The notes beneath the pieces were generated by a model. The model saw only the letters and a list, made by a program, of their open reading frames with translations, did not search any database and was not told the origin of the DNA. A program made the position numbers and the translations under genes. Shown here piece by piece: positions 10,701-20,618 of a stretch of 64,000 nucleotides of DNA; positions within the stretch are counted from its first letter, which is position 1; each line of letters begins with the position of its first letter. Origin of the DNA: a virus; IMG/VR virus record IMGVR_UViG_3300013093_000043, positions 3,681 to 67,680 of that record. One strand, written 5' to 3'.

Positions 10701-13700
10701 CTGGACTATAACGATCCAATCACTGGAGTTGATACAATATTGCAGAGCATTAATGCTATCAAGAACAGCACGTTTCCTTGGTACTACAGTGACATGGTGC
10801 CACAGGGCAGTGTTTATACCGCAATAGATTATACTGTAGTTAACGCAAGACAAACCAACTACGAGATAAATTCCATATTCAACAATGCAGAACTAAGCAA
10901 TCGAGCAGTGTTGGTTTGGGTAAATGGTGTACAACGCACTGTTGGGGTCGATTATACTTTTAGTCAAACTGTTCCAGCAATAGTATTTTCTCTTTCGTTA
11001 AATGTTGGTGACACCATTCTAATTAGAGATTATGCAAATACCGATGGAAACTATATTCCTGAAACTCCAACCAAGTTGGGACTGTATCCTAAATTTACTC
11101 CCAGCATTTATCTAGACACAACTTATCAAACTCCGATCAACGTGATACAAGGTCACGATGGAAGTATTACACCGGCATTTGGAGATTTTCGAGATCAATA
11201 CATACTAGAACTAGAGCTTAGAATATACAACAATATCAAGGCCGATTACAGTAAAAATCAAATTGATTTGGCTACAGTATTTCCCGGACGTTTTAGACAA
11301 ACCGACTATTCATTGACAGAATTCGATAAAATTCTTGGACAAAGTTTTTTAAGTTGGGCCGGAGCCAACAAACTGGATTATACATCAAACAGTTATTTTA
11401 ACTCCAACAATCCCTGGACCTGGAACTACAGCAAGTTTCCCGATGTTGTAACTGGTGCATTTTTACAAGGCAGTTGGCGGGCCATTTACAATTACTGGTT
11501 CGACACCGATACTCCCAACTTGACTCCTTGGAGAATGTTGGGCTTCGGCAGCATGCCCAGCTGGTGGACCACACGATATGGTGCAGCTCCCTACACTGGT
11601 GGAAACACACTGTTGTGGTCGGATCTATCTCAAGGCTATATTTGGAACGATGGCAACCCCTATATTGACAGTGGGTTTGCTAGACCAGGACTGTTGAATT
11701 TTATTCCAGTCGACAATTCGGGCAACTTATTGTCGCCAGCCGACATTCCGTTGTTTAGAAATACCAACTCTAGCAATGCATCTGACGCATTTATCTTGGG
11801 GCAACAAGGTCCAGTCGAAACTGCTTGGAGACGCAGCAGCGATTATCCATACGGAGTACAATTGGCATTGGCAGTTGCTAAGCCTGCGTTGTATTTTAGC
11901 ACACAATTAGATACTAGTACTTTTTATACCAATCCCGTGACCGGGCAATTTAGCGATAGCAGTAATAGAAAAATAGCTCCTGGTCTTCTGAAAATAAATG
12001 GAGATGCTACCAGCGGTACAGTAAAACGGGCCAGCGGATATTTGAATTGGATTGGCGACAATATCAAAAACTTGGGCATGGATCCAGTAACAACATTGAC
12101 TGAATATTTTTCTAATTTATCTGTGCAACTGAGTTACAAAGTTGGTGGATTTACCAGTCACGATCTGTTGACAGTGAACGTAGAGCAAACCTCGCCCAAT
12201 TCCACTAACTCGAGCGTGGTTGTTCCAACAAACAATTGGGGTGTGTACTTAAACAAGTCAACACCGATTCAAAATGCCGAGTACAGTGCTGTTGTGGTCA
12301 CAAAGACTGCAAAAGGATATTCGGTATCGGGCTATAGCCCAACCAATCCGTTCTTTACCATAATACCCAGTGTCAACAACAACGATAGCGAAACCATCAC
12401 AGTAAATTCAACATCGGTCACAGTGTTCAATACACCGTCCAAGTTCTTGCATTCGGTTCCGTACGGAACCGAGTATACTCTTCAACAGACTGCGGACTTT
12501 TTGGTCAGCTATCAACGATATCTAGAACAAACAGGATTTATATTTAATACGTTCAGTACCGATCTTGGGGCCAATCAAGATTTCAAATTGAGTGTGAAAG
12601 AATTAATTTATTGGGCACAACAGGGATGGGAAGCCGGTACTGTTATTGTGCTTAATCCTGTGGCAAATCTTTTGAAAATTGATTCTTTACAATCGGTCGT
12701 GGACGAAGTTACCAACGTGGCCAATGGCAATAAGTTATTGGATCAAAATTTCTTGCCTATTAAAAATAACAATTTTGATATACAACGACTCCAAGGTCCT
12801 GGGTTGGCCAACGAGTTTGTTGTAAGCACCATTGACGGAACTGGTATTGCTTATGCAAAATTGAACCTAGTGCAATTTGAACATGTGTTGGTATTTGACA
12901 ATGTAGACGACTTTGGCGACATAATCTATATTCCCGAATCGGGAACAAGACAATACCGATTGAAATTGTCGGGATCTAAAACAGGAAACTGGAACGGTGC
13001 ACTGAGTGCTCCCGGTTATGTTTACAGTAGTCCTATTATAGATACTTGGAAGTCCGGCACCGATTACCGCACCGGTGACATTGTGAAACACAATAATTTT
13101 TATTATACAGCAACACAAGATATTCCAGCAGCTCAAATCTTCAACGGAATACTGTGGACTCAAATTCAACAGTCTAGTATTCAAACCGGACTACTACCCG
13201 GCCTAGGGCACAACGCACAAAAATTTGTCAACATCTACGACGTAGACAAACCGCCATTGGAAGAAGATCTACAGTTATACAGTGCCGGACTAATAGGATT
13301 CAGAGAACGACAATATTTGACCGATCTTGGATTATCGATTCCAACACAGACAAAATTCTACCAAGGATTCATCAAACAAAAAGGTTCAATGAATTCGGTA
13401 ACAGCACTGACAAAAGCCAACTTTGATAACGTGCAAGGCAATGTCAGTGTATACGAAGAATGGGCGTTGCAAGTTGGACGTTATGGCGGAGTAAACTCAA
13501 ATAACTTCAAAGAATTTATTCTAGACCAAAGTATTTTTACCACTAACCCGTGTGCATTTGTACTGACAAATACATTCAGTACCGGTAATATCATTGCCAA
13601 CTTGACATTGGCAAATATTTATAATTCCAGTAATTTGTCAAGTACATCAACTGCAATCTACAACAATCGCGTTACAAATAGATTCAACACTGATTTGCCC

Positions 13701-16700
13701 GATGTGGGATACGTCAATTTACAAGATGTAGATATTACCGTATTTGATATCAATGCCTATACCGGGTCAGTTGCCGACATTGCAGTTGGGGATAAAATTT
13801 GGGTAGCAAAAAATTATCTTGGTGTTTGGGATATTTTGCGTGCAGGATCCACTGATCTCGTGGTAGAAAAAATAACCTATACCCTAGACACCTATGCCAC
13901 TGTGGCACTCAATAATTCGCATTCGTTCAAGGCCGGCGACTTGTTTGTGTTAAAGAATTTTGGACACAATCTAGACAACATATACCAAATTGTTCGAGTA
14001 CCCAACTCAACCAGCTTAGTAATCAGCATTACCAATCAAGCAGTGCTCAAACCCTTGATCAGAGTTTTGTCGTACTCGGGTTCGGGCGTTGTGTACAGTT
14101 TGTTTTCGGCAAAATATGCCAACACAACTGATTTAATATCGGCAACAGTGCCAGTACACGGATGGATAAACAACGACCATGTGTGGATAGATTCGGCCAC
14201 CGCATTGGGATGGGGTGTATATACATTTAACAGTCCTTGGGCCAGCAATGCCGTGATAAAATCTACAGCACTGTCAGGCAACGTGGCAAACAACAACTAC
14301 GGTTCTAGTGTACGTGTAAATTCTGTAACCGGAAATGTTTATATCGGCAATCCTGGTGCAAAACAAGTACAAGTGCTATCAAGTTCGTATGCATTTAATC
14401 AAATTATTGCCAACGTCGATGCCGGCTTTGGCTCCAGTATTGATGTTGGCGGTAATGTAATTGTTATCTCGGCCAGCAACAATGTACAAATTTATCAAAC
14501 CGCAGGCAATACTGTCAGTTATGTACAAAAACTCACAGGAACAAACAATTTTGGCAACAGTATTGCACTCAGCGGAGATCAGCATTGGTTGTATGTTGGT
14601 ACTCCAGGATCAAATACTGCCAATGTTTACTATACCGCAAATACCGCAGTATCAAATATTGTTTATTCTTACATAACAACCATCTCGGGATCCGGTGGTA
14701 ATTTTGCACAGGCATTGAAAACAAACCTTGATGGATCAAAATTGTTTGTCGGGGCTCCGCTGGCCACTAACGGAAATACACAAGCAGGCAATGTTTATGT
14801 GTATACTCGAACTGGAAATGCTTTTGCACTCACACAAACAATAACCAGCCAACACAACAATCAAGGTGCACAATTTGGTACAAGTCTAACCGTTGATGCT
14901 CTTGGCGGCAATTTGTTTGTGGGCGTTCCCGGATCAACTGCCAGCGGATTCCAAAATGGCGTGGTCGAGCGTTGGACAAATGTCAGCGGCACTTATGTAA
15001 GAAATCAAGTTATTGCACACCCCTACACCGACAACGGCACAACATTTGGATCAAGTATTAGTGTAACTGGAGACAGCGAGATTTTGGCTGTGGGAAGCAG
15101 CAACAGTCCCTCAGAAGAACACACCACATTTGACAAAACTGCATTAACAATTGATGCCAATACAACTAGATTTGTCGAATACATCAACGGTAGCGGTGTA
15201 GTTTACATGTTTGAACCCGTTGTCAACGGTGCAGTAGCTAATGATCTCGGGCAGTATTTGTTTTCGCAAGAACTAGAAACTTCATTGAGTTCGGGCGATA
15301 AATTTGGATTTGCAGTAGATTCTACTAGATCTGCGATTGCAGTTGGTGCTCCGGGCTCGTTGAACAATGCCGGAGCAGCCTATACATTTGTGAACGAAAA
15401 CAATTCAACTGCTTGGAATTTGACAAGACAACAAACTCCGCAAGTGGATATAAACAGTATCAGTAGAACATTCTTGTACAACAAAACCAACAACAATATC
15501 CTATCGGCACTGGATTTTATTGATCCCGCAAAAGGCAAGGTACTCAGTGTATTTGATCGCGATATAGATTTCAAATTGGAAACTGATCCAGCAAGATACA
15601 ATCAAGGTACAGGAACAATTTATACTGACCTACATTGGGGACCAAAACAAGTTGGCAGTATTTGGTGGGATATAAGTACGGTTCGAGCCATTGACTACGA
15701 ACAAGACACATTGATTTATAGACTCAACAACTGGGGAACCTTCTTTCCGGGCAGCAGCATCGATGTATACCAATGGATAGAAAGCACTGTGCTACCTAGT
15801 CAGTACAGTGCAAACGGCGGAGTCGGCACACCCAAAGATGTTTCAAATGCATCGTATAGCACTTACGGATATGTGACCGAATCGGGTGCTGTGCATTTAA
15901 AATATTACTATTGGGTCAAAGGTCTTGACACTATTTCTACAAACACCGGAAAAGCAAACAGTGTTCTAAGTATTGCTGCCGGAATAGAAAATCCGCAGGC
16001 TCAAGGCATACCTTATGCTACCATACTGCGTGATGATGCAATAGCATTATACAACATCACTGGACAATTGGTTGGCCAAAGTACGGTGTTGCAGTTGGGC
16101 AGTCAAGATCAAGATGCAAGATTGATACACAACGAATACGCCTTGGTACAAGAGCACAACCCCAAGAGCACAATTCCAGCATCAATACTACTGAAAATGA
16201 TTGACAGTTTGTCGGGAATTGACGCATTTGGAAACGCAGTGCCCGATGTTGCGTTGATTCCAAGTCAGCGTTACGGAGTCGGTAATAGACCTATTCAGAC
16301 CATGTTTATCAACCAAACACTGGCATTGAACAATTATTTTTCTCTAGTCAATCAATATTTGCAAGCATACCCAGTGGTAGAACGTAAATCATTGACCTTG
16401 CTCAACAGTCAAGAGAGTATTCCAACCAGCGATTCGGGTCAATATTCCATGACCGTTGACACCATTGAAGAATTAGGTTATATCAACACCGCTGGACTCG
16501 GCACAGGATATCGAGTATTGGTGTTGAATGATAGTACACAAAATACCAAATGGGCAATTTATTCGTTATTGAATACTGGAAAATTCAGTAGCACACCGGT
16601 TCTGGTGCAAAGTTATAAAACTAGCCTGTACTGGAATTATACCAATTGGTACGACAGCAGTTATGATCCAACAAGCAATCCCGATATCACAGTGGCAAAC

Positions 16701-19700
16701 TTGTTGGAATTGGGCAAATTGACCCTAAAGGCAAATACTTATATCAAGGTTTTGAACAACGGAAATGATAATTTTGTTGTGTACTACATTGATAGTAATT
16801 TAAACAAAAATCTAGTGGGCATAGAAAACGGCACAATTCAAATCAGTACCGGCACAATACCGGCCAAAGAACTAAGACAAATACTGTTGGCCATGCAGGA
16901 AAATATATTCATTGACGACTTGTCCAATGAATATAATACAATTTTCTTTGCCATGATCAATTATGTATTGACCGAGCAAAAGAATTTGGATTGGGTATTC
17001 AAAACCAGTTTTATAAGTGCAACACAAGCGATTCGCAAACTACAAGAGTTTCCAATTTATACTCCAGACAATCAAAGTTTTTACTTGGAGTATATCAACG
17101 AAGTTAAACCGTATCGCACCATTGTTCGAGAATTTGTTGCTGATTATATCGGAAATGACACGTATGCTAGCGATGTAACCGATTTTGATTTACCGCCATA
17201 CTGGGATGCCACATTGGGCGTTTATCGCAGCCCAACAGGATCACAAAGTTATGACTCGACAATTTGGCAAAGTGGAGTATACAGTCAATGGTACAACAAC
17301 TACTCGTACGGAGTAGTGGATGTCTTAATTGGCACTCCTGGTCAAGGATTTTTGTTTGCTCCGCAAGTAACCATTGCGGGAGGTGGCGGTAGTGGTGCTA
17401 CTGCAATAGCAAACTTAAATGCCACAGGCGGAATTGCTAGTATTACTGTATTGACTTCGGGTCAAGGTTATACCTCCGAGCCAACTATTATTATCAATGG
17501 CACTGGCAGTGGAGCAATTGCATACCCAGTATTGCGAAATATATTTACTGGTGACAATACCGGACACAATCTTGTACGCAGTATATCTACCACAATGCGA
17601 TTTGATCGTGTAGACTACACCAACAGCAATACATTTGTATTTTGGAACACGATTACCAGTGCCAATGTTGGCGAATTTATCCCCAGCGGAACAATTGTTG
17701 TCAACAACGGCAGTCTATATCAATTGACTGCCAATTACACAGTCTATAGCAATTTGGCATTCCCTGCCAACTATACCACAATCACATCATCAGACTTTAA
17801 TACTGCCAATGATAGAATTGTGGCATTTAACGGCAATATTGATCTAAGTCTGTCGCAATCGGGCATATCATATCCCGGTGTCATTGTTGACGGTAACACA
17901 TTCCTGGGCAATGTTTACGATACAACAATTCAAAGCAGCTATAGCGACAGTCTCGGTGTAAATCCCGGGGACATCGTGATAGACGGCGGTGCCTACTACG
18001 ATACATTCAATAGCCATGCACCCGAGGAACTGATTCCAGGGCGTGTTTTTGACAGTACCAACATTGAAGTATTTGACATAAGCGGTATAAGTTTTAGAAT
18101 TTTTGACGACATGAATCAAAATCACAACTTTTATCGAATAGGACAAAGCCAAACCACACTGAGTCAAGACCTGTTATTGACCGATCAATTCATACATGTA
18201 GTTGACGCTAGTAAATTGCCACAACCCGACATTGTTTCAGCAACACCGGGTGTGGTATTTGTTAACGGCGAAAAAATAACTTACTACAGAAATTTTGCTT
18301 TTGAAACACCAACTGCTTGGACACCCAACACAGTAATTGCCACATCAAGCGTGGTGTCGTACAGTAACGTGTTGTATTTGACCACTGGAAATGTTTATGC
18401 AGGTTATTTTGCAAATATCACATCAAATGTTGTATCAATAACTGCAAATACTCTTGGACAAATACGTCGAGCCGTTGACGGAACTTCGCCAGGTTCGTTG
18501 ACTATTCAACCGTGGCAACAGTTTACAAATTATCCAGTGGGATCGTATATTGCCTATTCGGGCAACACCTACGTGACAACGGGAAATACCTATGCATACA
18601 ATGTGTCTTGGAGCCCAAATAACTCTAGCCTAACAACCAATAGCTATTTCTATTATTCGGGAAATGTGTACACAGCCACTGGAAATGTTTATGGTAGTAC
18701 ATTTGCTGGAATAAAAGCCAACACTGCTTTTGTATCCACTGGCACCAACTCGGGATTTGCAAGTATTCAGGCCAATTTGACATTTAAATTTACCGGAACC
18801 GAATCAGTACGTCACTTGAAAGGCCAATTTGTAGTGGATGCTAGCCAAGCTCAAGTTATTCCTGGCACTGCTACGAGCAACATACAACTTCGTTACTCTA
18901 ACACATACTCTACCACAAGCACAGTAAGCTATGCGTTAAATTTGGTAACACCAGTAAGTGCCAATATTGGAGATATTTTGACTCAAGTCAAAACAATTAC
19001 CACTGCTTGGACTGCAAATACAGCATTCAATGTGGGAACATTGTTGACCGATAATTCTACTGGAAATGTGTACACATATCAAACCACTGGCAATGTTTAT
19101 GGAAGTTATTTTGCAAATATCACAGCCAATGTAATTTATTTGTTTACAGGAAATACAGCCAACACAGTTACAATGCGATCATTGCAGACAGTGACAAATT
19201 CAAATGTGGTTCCAGTTATTATATTGTCGGGTGCAATTCAAAACTTGCCCGAAGTATTTGATGGATCATTGGGATTTGATGCTAATGGCGATGACAGTGC
19301 CTATATCATTGTTTCTAGTTCGGCCCCGTCAACAAGACCAAATGTAATTATTCCGCTTTGGACTGCAAACACTTCGTTTACAATTCAGAGCACAATTCAA
19401 TACAACAGCAATGTTTATACAGTGCTGGGCAATGTTTACGCACCCTATTTTGCCAATATATCATCGCAGTCAAATAATAGCAGCAACATCATACTGTCGT
19501 CAAACGCAAACGTGTTCTTGAACGGACCAGTATCAAATTACACCAGCCCGGGTGCTAGTCTGCAGGTTAACGATCAATGGCTTGATACCGTAAACGATTT
19601 AGTTTATTACTGGACCGGGTCGGCCTGGGCAGTATACACTCCGCCAATCACAGGAGCAGGATTTGATAATACATCAAGTCCGTTATACATTAACAATAAC

Positions 19701-19910
19701 GTCACTTCAAGCTATATAGTGAACACACGCATACTTGGCGAAGTAAACAGCAGTGGACAAATTACAGTTCCGGCTGGCACTTACTTGACTCACGGTAATG
19801 TATGGTACAGCCAAGGAGTCGCTACTCCATCAAATGGTGCCGCATTGTATCAGCAGACCACAGCACAAGCTGTATTCTTGAAAGCTTCACCTGGAGGGTA
19901 CGCACCATGA
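7749..19910 (+). CDS. Giant virion structural protein (4053 aa; baseplate wedge/fibre platform) with an FG-GAP-like propeller and CBM-like repeats
   Basis: An uninterrupted 12.2-kb ORF coupled to the gp6-like gene by a TAATG overlap. It has an N-terminal NFLPSVFQ..KFFGATLDQL motif, a YINEVKPYRT motif, FG-GAP-like repeats (~14290-15390) and W-x-x-N-T...Y repeats near the C-terminus. Confidence 0.8.
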   Translation: MSTNPSTNFLPSVFQSPTNRKFFGATLDQLIEDAQNIPLFGYIGRTFSPTYKQTDNYVPEYTTQRQHYQLEPSVIVRDADGNIQLTSGYIDLLNSIANNNGYANNHQRLFSSQAYSYDGHFDYDKFVNYYNYYWLPEGPLDNNGNPTSVPVYANQTSYQANYTVTRNTNVNGYEFSGVGNHPNLQLTLARGGTYTFQVNQGTNNFWIQTEPGVSGVNPNIATVSTRQVFGVKNNGTSSGTVTFQVPLATAQNFYAEMPIPAGAQVDAAIGFHYTDIQNQLLSVFLANFPTGLDGITSQLNGKTFVFINNDSDASYWTTPSLPAAITSTITTAPGSVIPAATRTNVWKIALVPTGTGDSVIQISPTVAVAPLNKVFVQSGITYASNEFWLNNNYLYSLVPAITANLDTLYYQDGSNPDFYGVIKLVNNNNSTIDVDKDILGSIGYTSPNGVIFTNGLKITFDSLVTPSTYANNTYYVEGVGTSIALVEANSLTVPEAYSVDIATSPDYITINRASQDLNPWSRYNRWFHKDVITATANYLGITANYGPSIVGRRPIIEFEPNLQLFNFGNQILSGIDIVSFDSTDAFVTIEGQTTATVDGQVLTHGQTIIFTNDYDTNVTNQVYQVQIENILSRNYITLVNTGVTVVEGMVVTPTAGAHRGITYHYTGTAWTTSQNKTEVIQPPRFDIVDTNGYSFSDATVYPGTTFAGTYFFGYSGYGTSSSTNDNILGFPLAYQNFNNIGDIVFSNYYDTDTFTDASGTVLINTGYLAKNYNGSVTKLNNWTKNIDPTEQYQLFTKFYDGHVITVNGAQKAFVQLDVLPAAQKTVPYLKVYLNNAILTPTVDYQQTKVGIYNVVVLTTLPNINDKIDVLVFNQRSVSRTGFYQVPDNLNLNPLNQNFNSITLGQLRTHYNKLIENTSTNSIPVQDNYLKQQGGVIVQHQAPAIYAMTFLNDPVANFVDGITLAKKEYAKFKNKFLSLCNSLTTLDYNDPITGVDTILQSINAIKNSTFPWYYSDMVPQGSVYTAIDYTVVNARQTNYEINSIFNNAELSNRAVLVWVNGVQRTVGVDYTFSQTVPAIVFSLSLNVGDTILIRDYANTDGNYIPETPTKLGLYPKFTPSIYLDTTYQTPINVIQGHDGSITPAFGDFRDQYILELELRIYNNIKADYSKNQIDLATVFPGRFRQTDYSLTEFDKILGQSFLSWAGANKLDYTSNSYFNSNNPWTWNYSKFPDVVTGAFLQGSWRAIYNYWFDTDTPNLTPWRMLGFGSMPSWWTTRYGAAPYTGGNTLLWSDLSQGYIWNDGNPYIDSGFARPGLLNFIPVDNSGNLLSPADIPLFRNTNSSNASDAFILGQQGPVETAWRRSSDYPYGVQLALAVAKPALYFSTQLDTSTFYTNPVTGQFSDSSNRKIAPGLLKINGDATSGTVKRASGYLNWIGDNIKNLGMDPVTTLTEYFSNLSVQLSYKVGGFTSHDLLTVNVEQTSPNSTNSSVVVPTNNWGVYLNKSTPIQNAEYSAVVVTKTAKGYSVSGYSPTNPFFTIIPSVNNNDSETITVNSTSVTVFNTPSKFLHSVPYGTEYTLQQTADFLVSYQRYLEQTGFIFNTFSTDLGANQDFKLSVKELIYWAQQGWEAGTVIVLNPVANLLKIDSLQSVVDEVTNVANGNKLLDQNFLPIKNNNFDIQRLQGPGLANEFVVSTIDGTGIAYAKLNLVQFEHVLVFDNVDDFGDIIYIPESGTRQYRLKLSGSKTGNWNGALSAPGYVYSSPIIDTWKSGTDYRTGDIVKHNNFYYTATQDIPAAQIFNGILWTQIQQSSIQTGLLPGLGHNAQKFVNIYDVDKPPLEEDLQLYSAGLIGFRERQYLTDLGLSIPTQTKFYQGFIKQKGSMNSVTALTKANFDNVQGNVSVYEEWALQVGRYGGVNSNNFKEFILDQSIFTTNPCAFVLTNTFSTGNIIANLTLANIYNSSNLSSTSTAIYNNRVTNRFNTDLPDVGYVNLQDVDITVFDINAYTGSVADIAVGDKIWVAKNYLGVWDILRAGSTDLVVEKITYTLDTYATVALNNSHSFKAGDLFVLKNFGHNLDNIYQIVRVPNSTSLVISITNQAVLKPLIRVLSYSGSGVVYSLFSAKYANTTDLISATVPVHGWINNDHVWIDSATALGWGVYTFNSPWASNAVIKSTALSGNVANNNYGSSVRVNSVTGNVYIGNPGAKQVQVLSSSYAFNQIIANVDAGFGSSIDVGGNVIVISASNNVQIYQTAGNTVSYVQKLTGTNNFGNSIALSGDQHWLYVGTPGSNTANVYYTANTAVSNIVYSYITTISGSGGNFAQALKTNLDGSKLFVGAPLATNGNTQAGNVYVYTRTGNAFALTQTITSQHNNQGAQFGTSLTVDALGGNLFVGVPGSTASGFQNGVVERWTNVSGTYVRNQVIAHPYTDNGTTFGSSISVTGDSEILAVGSSNSPSEEHTTFDKTALTIDANTTRFVEYINGSGVVYMFEPVVNGAVANDLGQYLFSQELETSLSSGDKFGFAVDSTRSAIAVGAPGSLNNAGAAYTFVNENNSTAWNLTRQQTPQVDINSISRTFLYNKTNNNILSALDFIDPAKGKVLSVFDRDIDFKLETDPARYNQGTGTIYTDLHWGPKQVGSIWWDISTVRAIDYEQDTLIYRLNNWGTFFPGSSIDVYQWIESTVLPSQYSANGGVGTPKDVSNASYSTYGYVTESGAVHLKYYYWVKGLDTISTNTGKANSVLSIAAGIENPQAQGIPYATILRDDAIALYNITGQLVGQSTVLQLGSQDQDARLIHNEYALVQEHNPKSTIPASILLKMIDSLSGIDAFGNAVPDVALIPSQRYGVGNRPIQTMFINQTLALNNYFSLVNQYLQAYPVVERKSLTLLNSQESIPTSDSGQYSMTVDTIEELGYINTAGLGTGYRVLVLNDSTQNTKWAIYSLLNTGKFSSTPVLVQSYKTSLYWNYTNWYDSSYDPTSNPDITVANLLELGKLTLKANTYIKVLNNGNDNFVVYYIDSNLNKNLVGIENGTIQISTGTIPAKELRQILLAMQENIFIDDLSNEYNTIFFAMINYVLTEQKNLDWVFKTSFISATQAIRKLQEFPIYTPDNQSFYLEYINEVKPYRTIVREFVADYIGNDTYASDVTDFDLPPYWDATLGVYRSPTGSQSYDSTIWQSGVYSQWYNNYSYGVVDVLIGTPGQGFLFAPQVTIAGGGGSGATAIANLNATGGIASITVLTSGQGYTSEPTIIINGTGSGAIAYPVLRNIFTGDNTGHNLVRSISTTMRFDRVDYTNSNTFVFWNTITSANVGEFIPSGTIVVNNGSLYQLTANYTVYSNLAFPANYTTITSSDFNTANDRIVAFNGNIDLSLSQSGISYPGVIVDGNTFLGNVYDTTIQSSYSDSLGVNPGDIVIDGGAYYDTFNSHAPEELIPGRVFDSTNIEVFDISGISFRIFDDMNQNHNFYRIGQSQTTLSQDLLLTDQFIHVVDASKLPQPDIVSATPGVVFVNGEKITYYRNFAFETPTAWTPNTVIATSSVVSYSNVLYLTTGNVYAGYFANITSNVVSITANTLGQIRRAVDGTSPGSLTIQPWQQFTNYPVGSYIAYSGNTYVTTGNTYAYNVSWSPNNSSLTTNSYFYYSGNVYTATGNVYGSTFAGIKANTAFVSTGTNSGFASIQANLTFKFTGTESVRHLKGQFVVDASQAQVIPGTATSNIQLRYSNTYSTTSTVSYALNLVTPVSANIGDILTQVKTITTAWTANTAFNVGTLLTDNSTGNVYTYQTTGNVYGSYFANITANVIYLFTGNTANTVTMRSLQTVTNSNVVPVIILSGAIQNLPEVFDGSLGFDANGDDSAYIIVSSSAPSTRPNVIIPLWTANTSFTIQSTIQYNSNVYTVLGNVYAPYFANISSQSNNSSNIILSSNANVFLNGPVSNYTSPGASLQVNDQWLDTVNDLVYYWTGSAWAVYTPPITGAGFDNTSSPLYINNNVTSSYIVNTRILGEVNSSGQITVPAGTYLTHGNVWYSQGVATPSNGAALYQQTTAQAVFLKASPGGYAP
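18316..19460 (+). repeat. Dispersed protein repeats W-x-(P/A)-N-T...Y-x-(G/S)-N-x-Y-x-x-(T/L)-G-N-(V/T)-Y in the giant protein (CBM5/12-like)
   Basis: Five copies: AWTPNT..YSNVLYLTTGNVY, PWQQFT..YSGNTYVTTGNTY, SWSPNN..YSGNVYTATGNVY, AWTANT..YQTTGNVY and LWTANT..YNSNVYTVLGNVY. Confidence 0.65.
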
Positions 19911-20614
19911 TAAATAACATTAATCCCGTAACTACTCAATTGAAATCGGACACAAACAAGGAAAAAACAGTGGAAAACAAGCAAAAAAGACCCAATGAAT
20001 CTGCCGGAATTTCGGTGCAAGGGCATATCAAGATATTTGATCCAGAAACCAAAGAAGTTTTTATTGACAAAAACAATGCCATTCACTATGAAAATTTCTC
20101 TGTGGCTTTAGCAAACAGTATTGCCAACAAGAGCGAAAACTTCATATACGAAATGGATTTTGGCAACGGCGGAACCAGTGTAGATCCTACCGGAATTATT
20201 ACCTATTTGCCAACCAACACAACCGGGCAAAACGCCAACTTGTACAATCCCACATACAGCAAGATTGTGGACAATACCTCAATTGCCAATCCCGATCCAG
20301 TGAACAATTACATGAGTGCCACTCACATTCCGGGCACAGTGTATACCGATATCTTGGTAAGTTGCTTGTTGGATTACGGCGAGCCTAATGGACAACAACT
20401 ATTTGACAACAGTACCAATTTGAATGGCGAGTATGTGTTTGATGAATTGGGACTTAGAGGAAAAAGCAGTGATGGCACAGTGGGCCTGTTATCAACTGGA
20501 TTATTGCTGACACATGTGATATTTCACCCGGTGCAAAAAGCTCTGAACCGATTGATTCAAATTGATTATACTGTGCGTATTCAAACTTTAACTAATTTAA
20601 GTACTCAAGGATAA
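19907..20614 (+). CDS. Virion structural protein (baseplate or fibre-attachment type)
   Basis: The start is reassigned from 19802 to the ATGA overlap at 19907; a GTG near 19970 after AAGGA is an alternative. Motifs GHIKIFDP..NAIHYEN..FGNGGTSVDPTG..YVFDELGL..LLTHVIFHPVQKALNRLIQIDYTVRI. Confidence 0.75.
   Translation: MINNINPVTTQLKSDTNKEKTVENKQKRPNESAGISVQGHIKIFDPETKEVFIDKNNAIHYENFSVALANSIANKSENFIYEMDFGNGGTSVDPTGIITYLPTNTTGQNANLYNPTYSKIVDNTSIANPDPVNNYMSATHIPGTVYTDILVSCLLDYGEPNGQQLFDNSTNLNGEYVFDELGLRGKSSDGTVGLLSTGLLLTHVIFHPVQKALNRLIQIDYTVRIQTLTNLSTQG
19911..19916 (+). promoter_or_regulatory. Putative late promoter core TAAATA
   Basis: Immediately after the stop of the giant gene, which would favour the downstream GTG start. 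Confidence 0.4.
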
Positions 20615-20618
20615 TATT

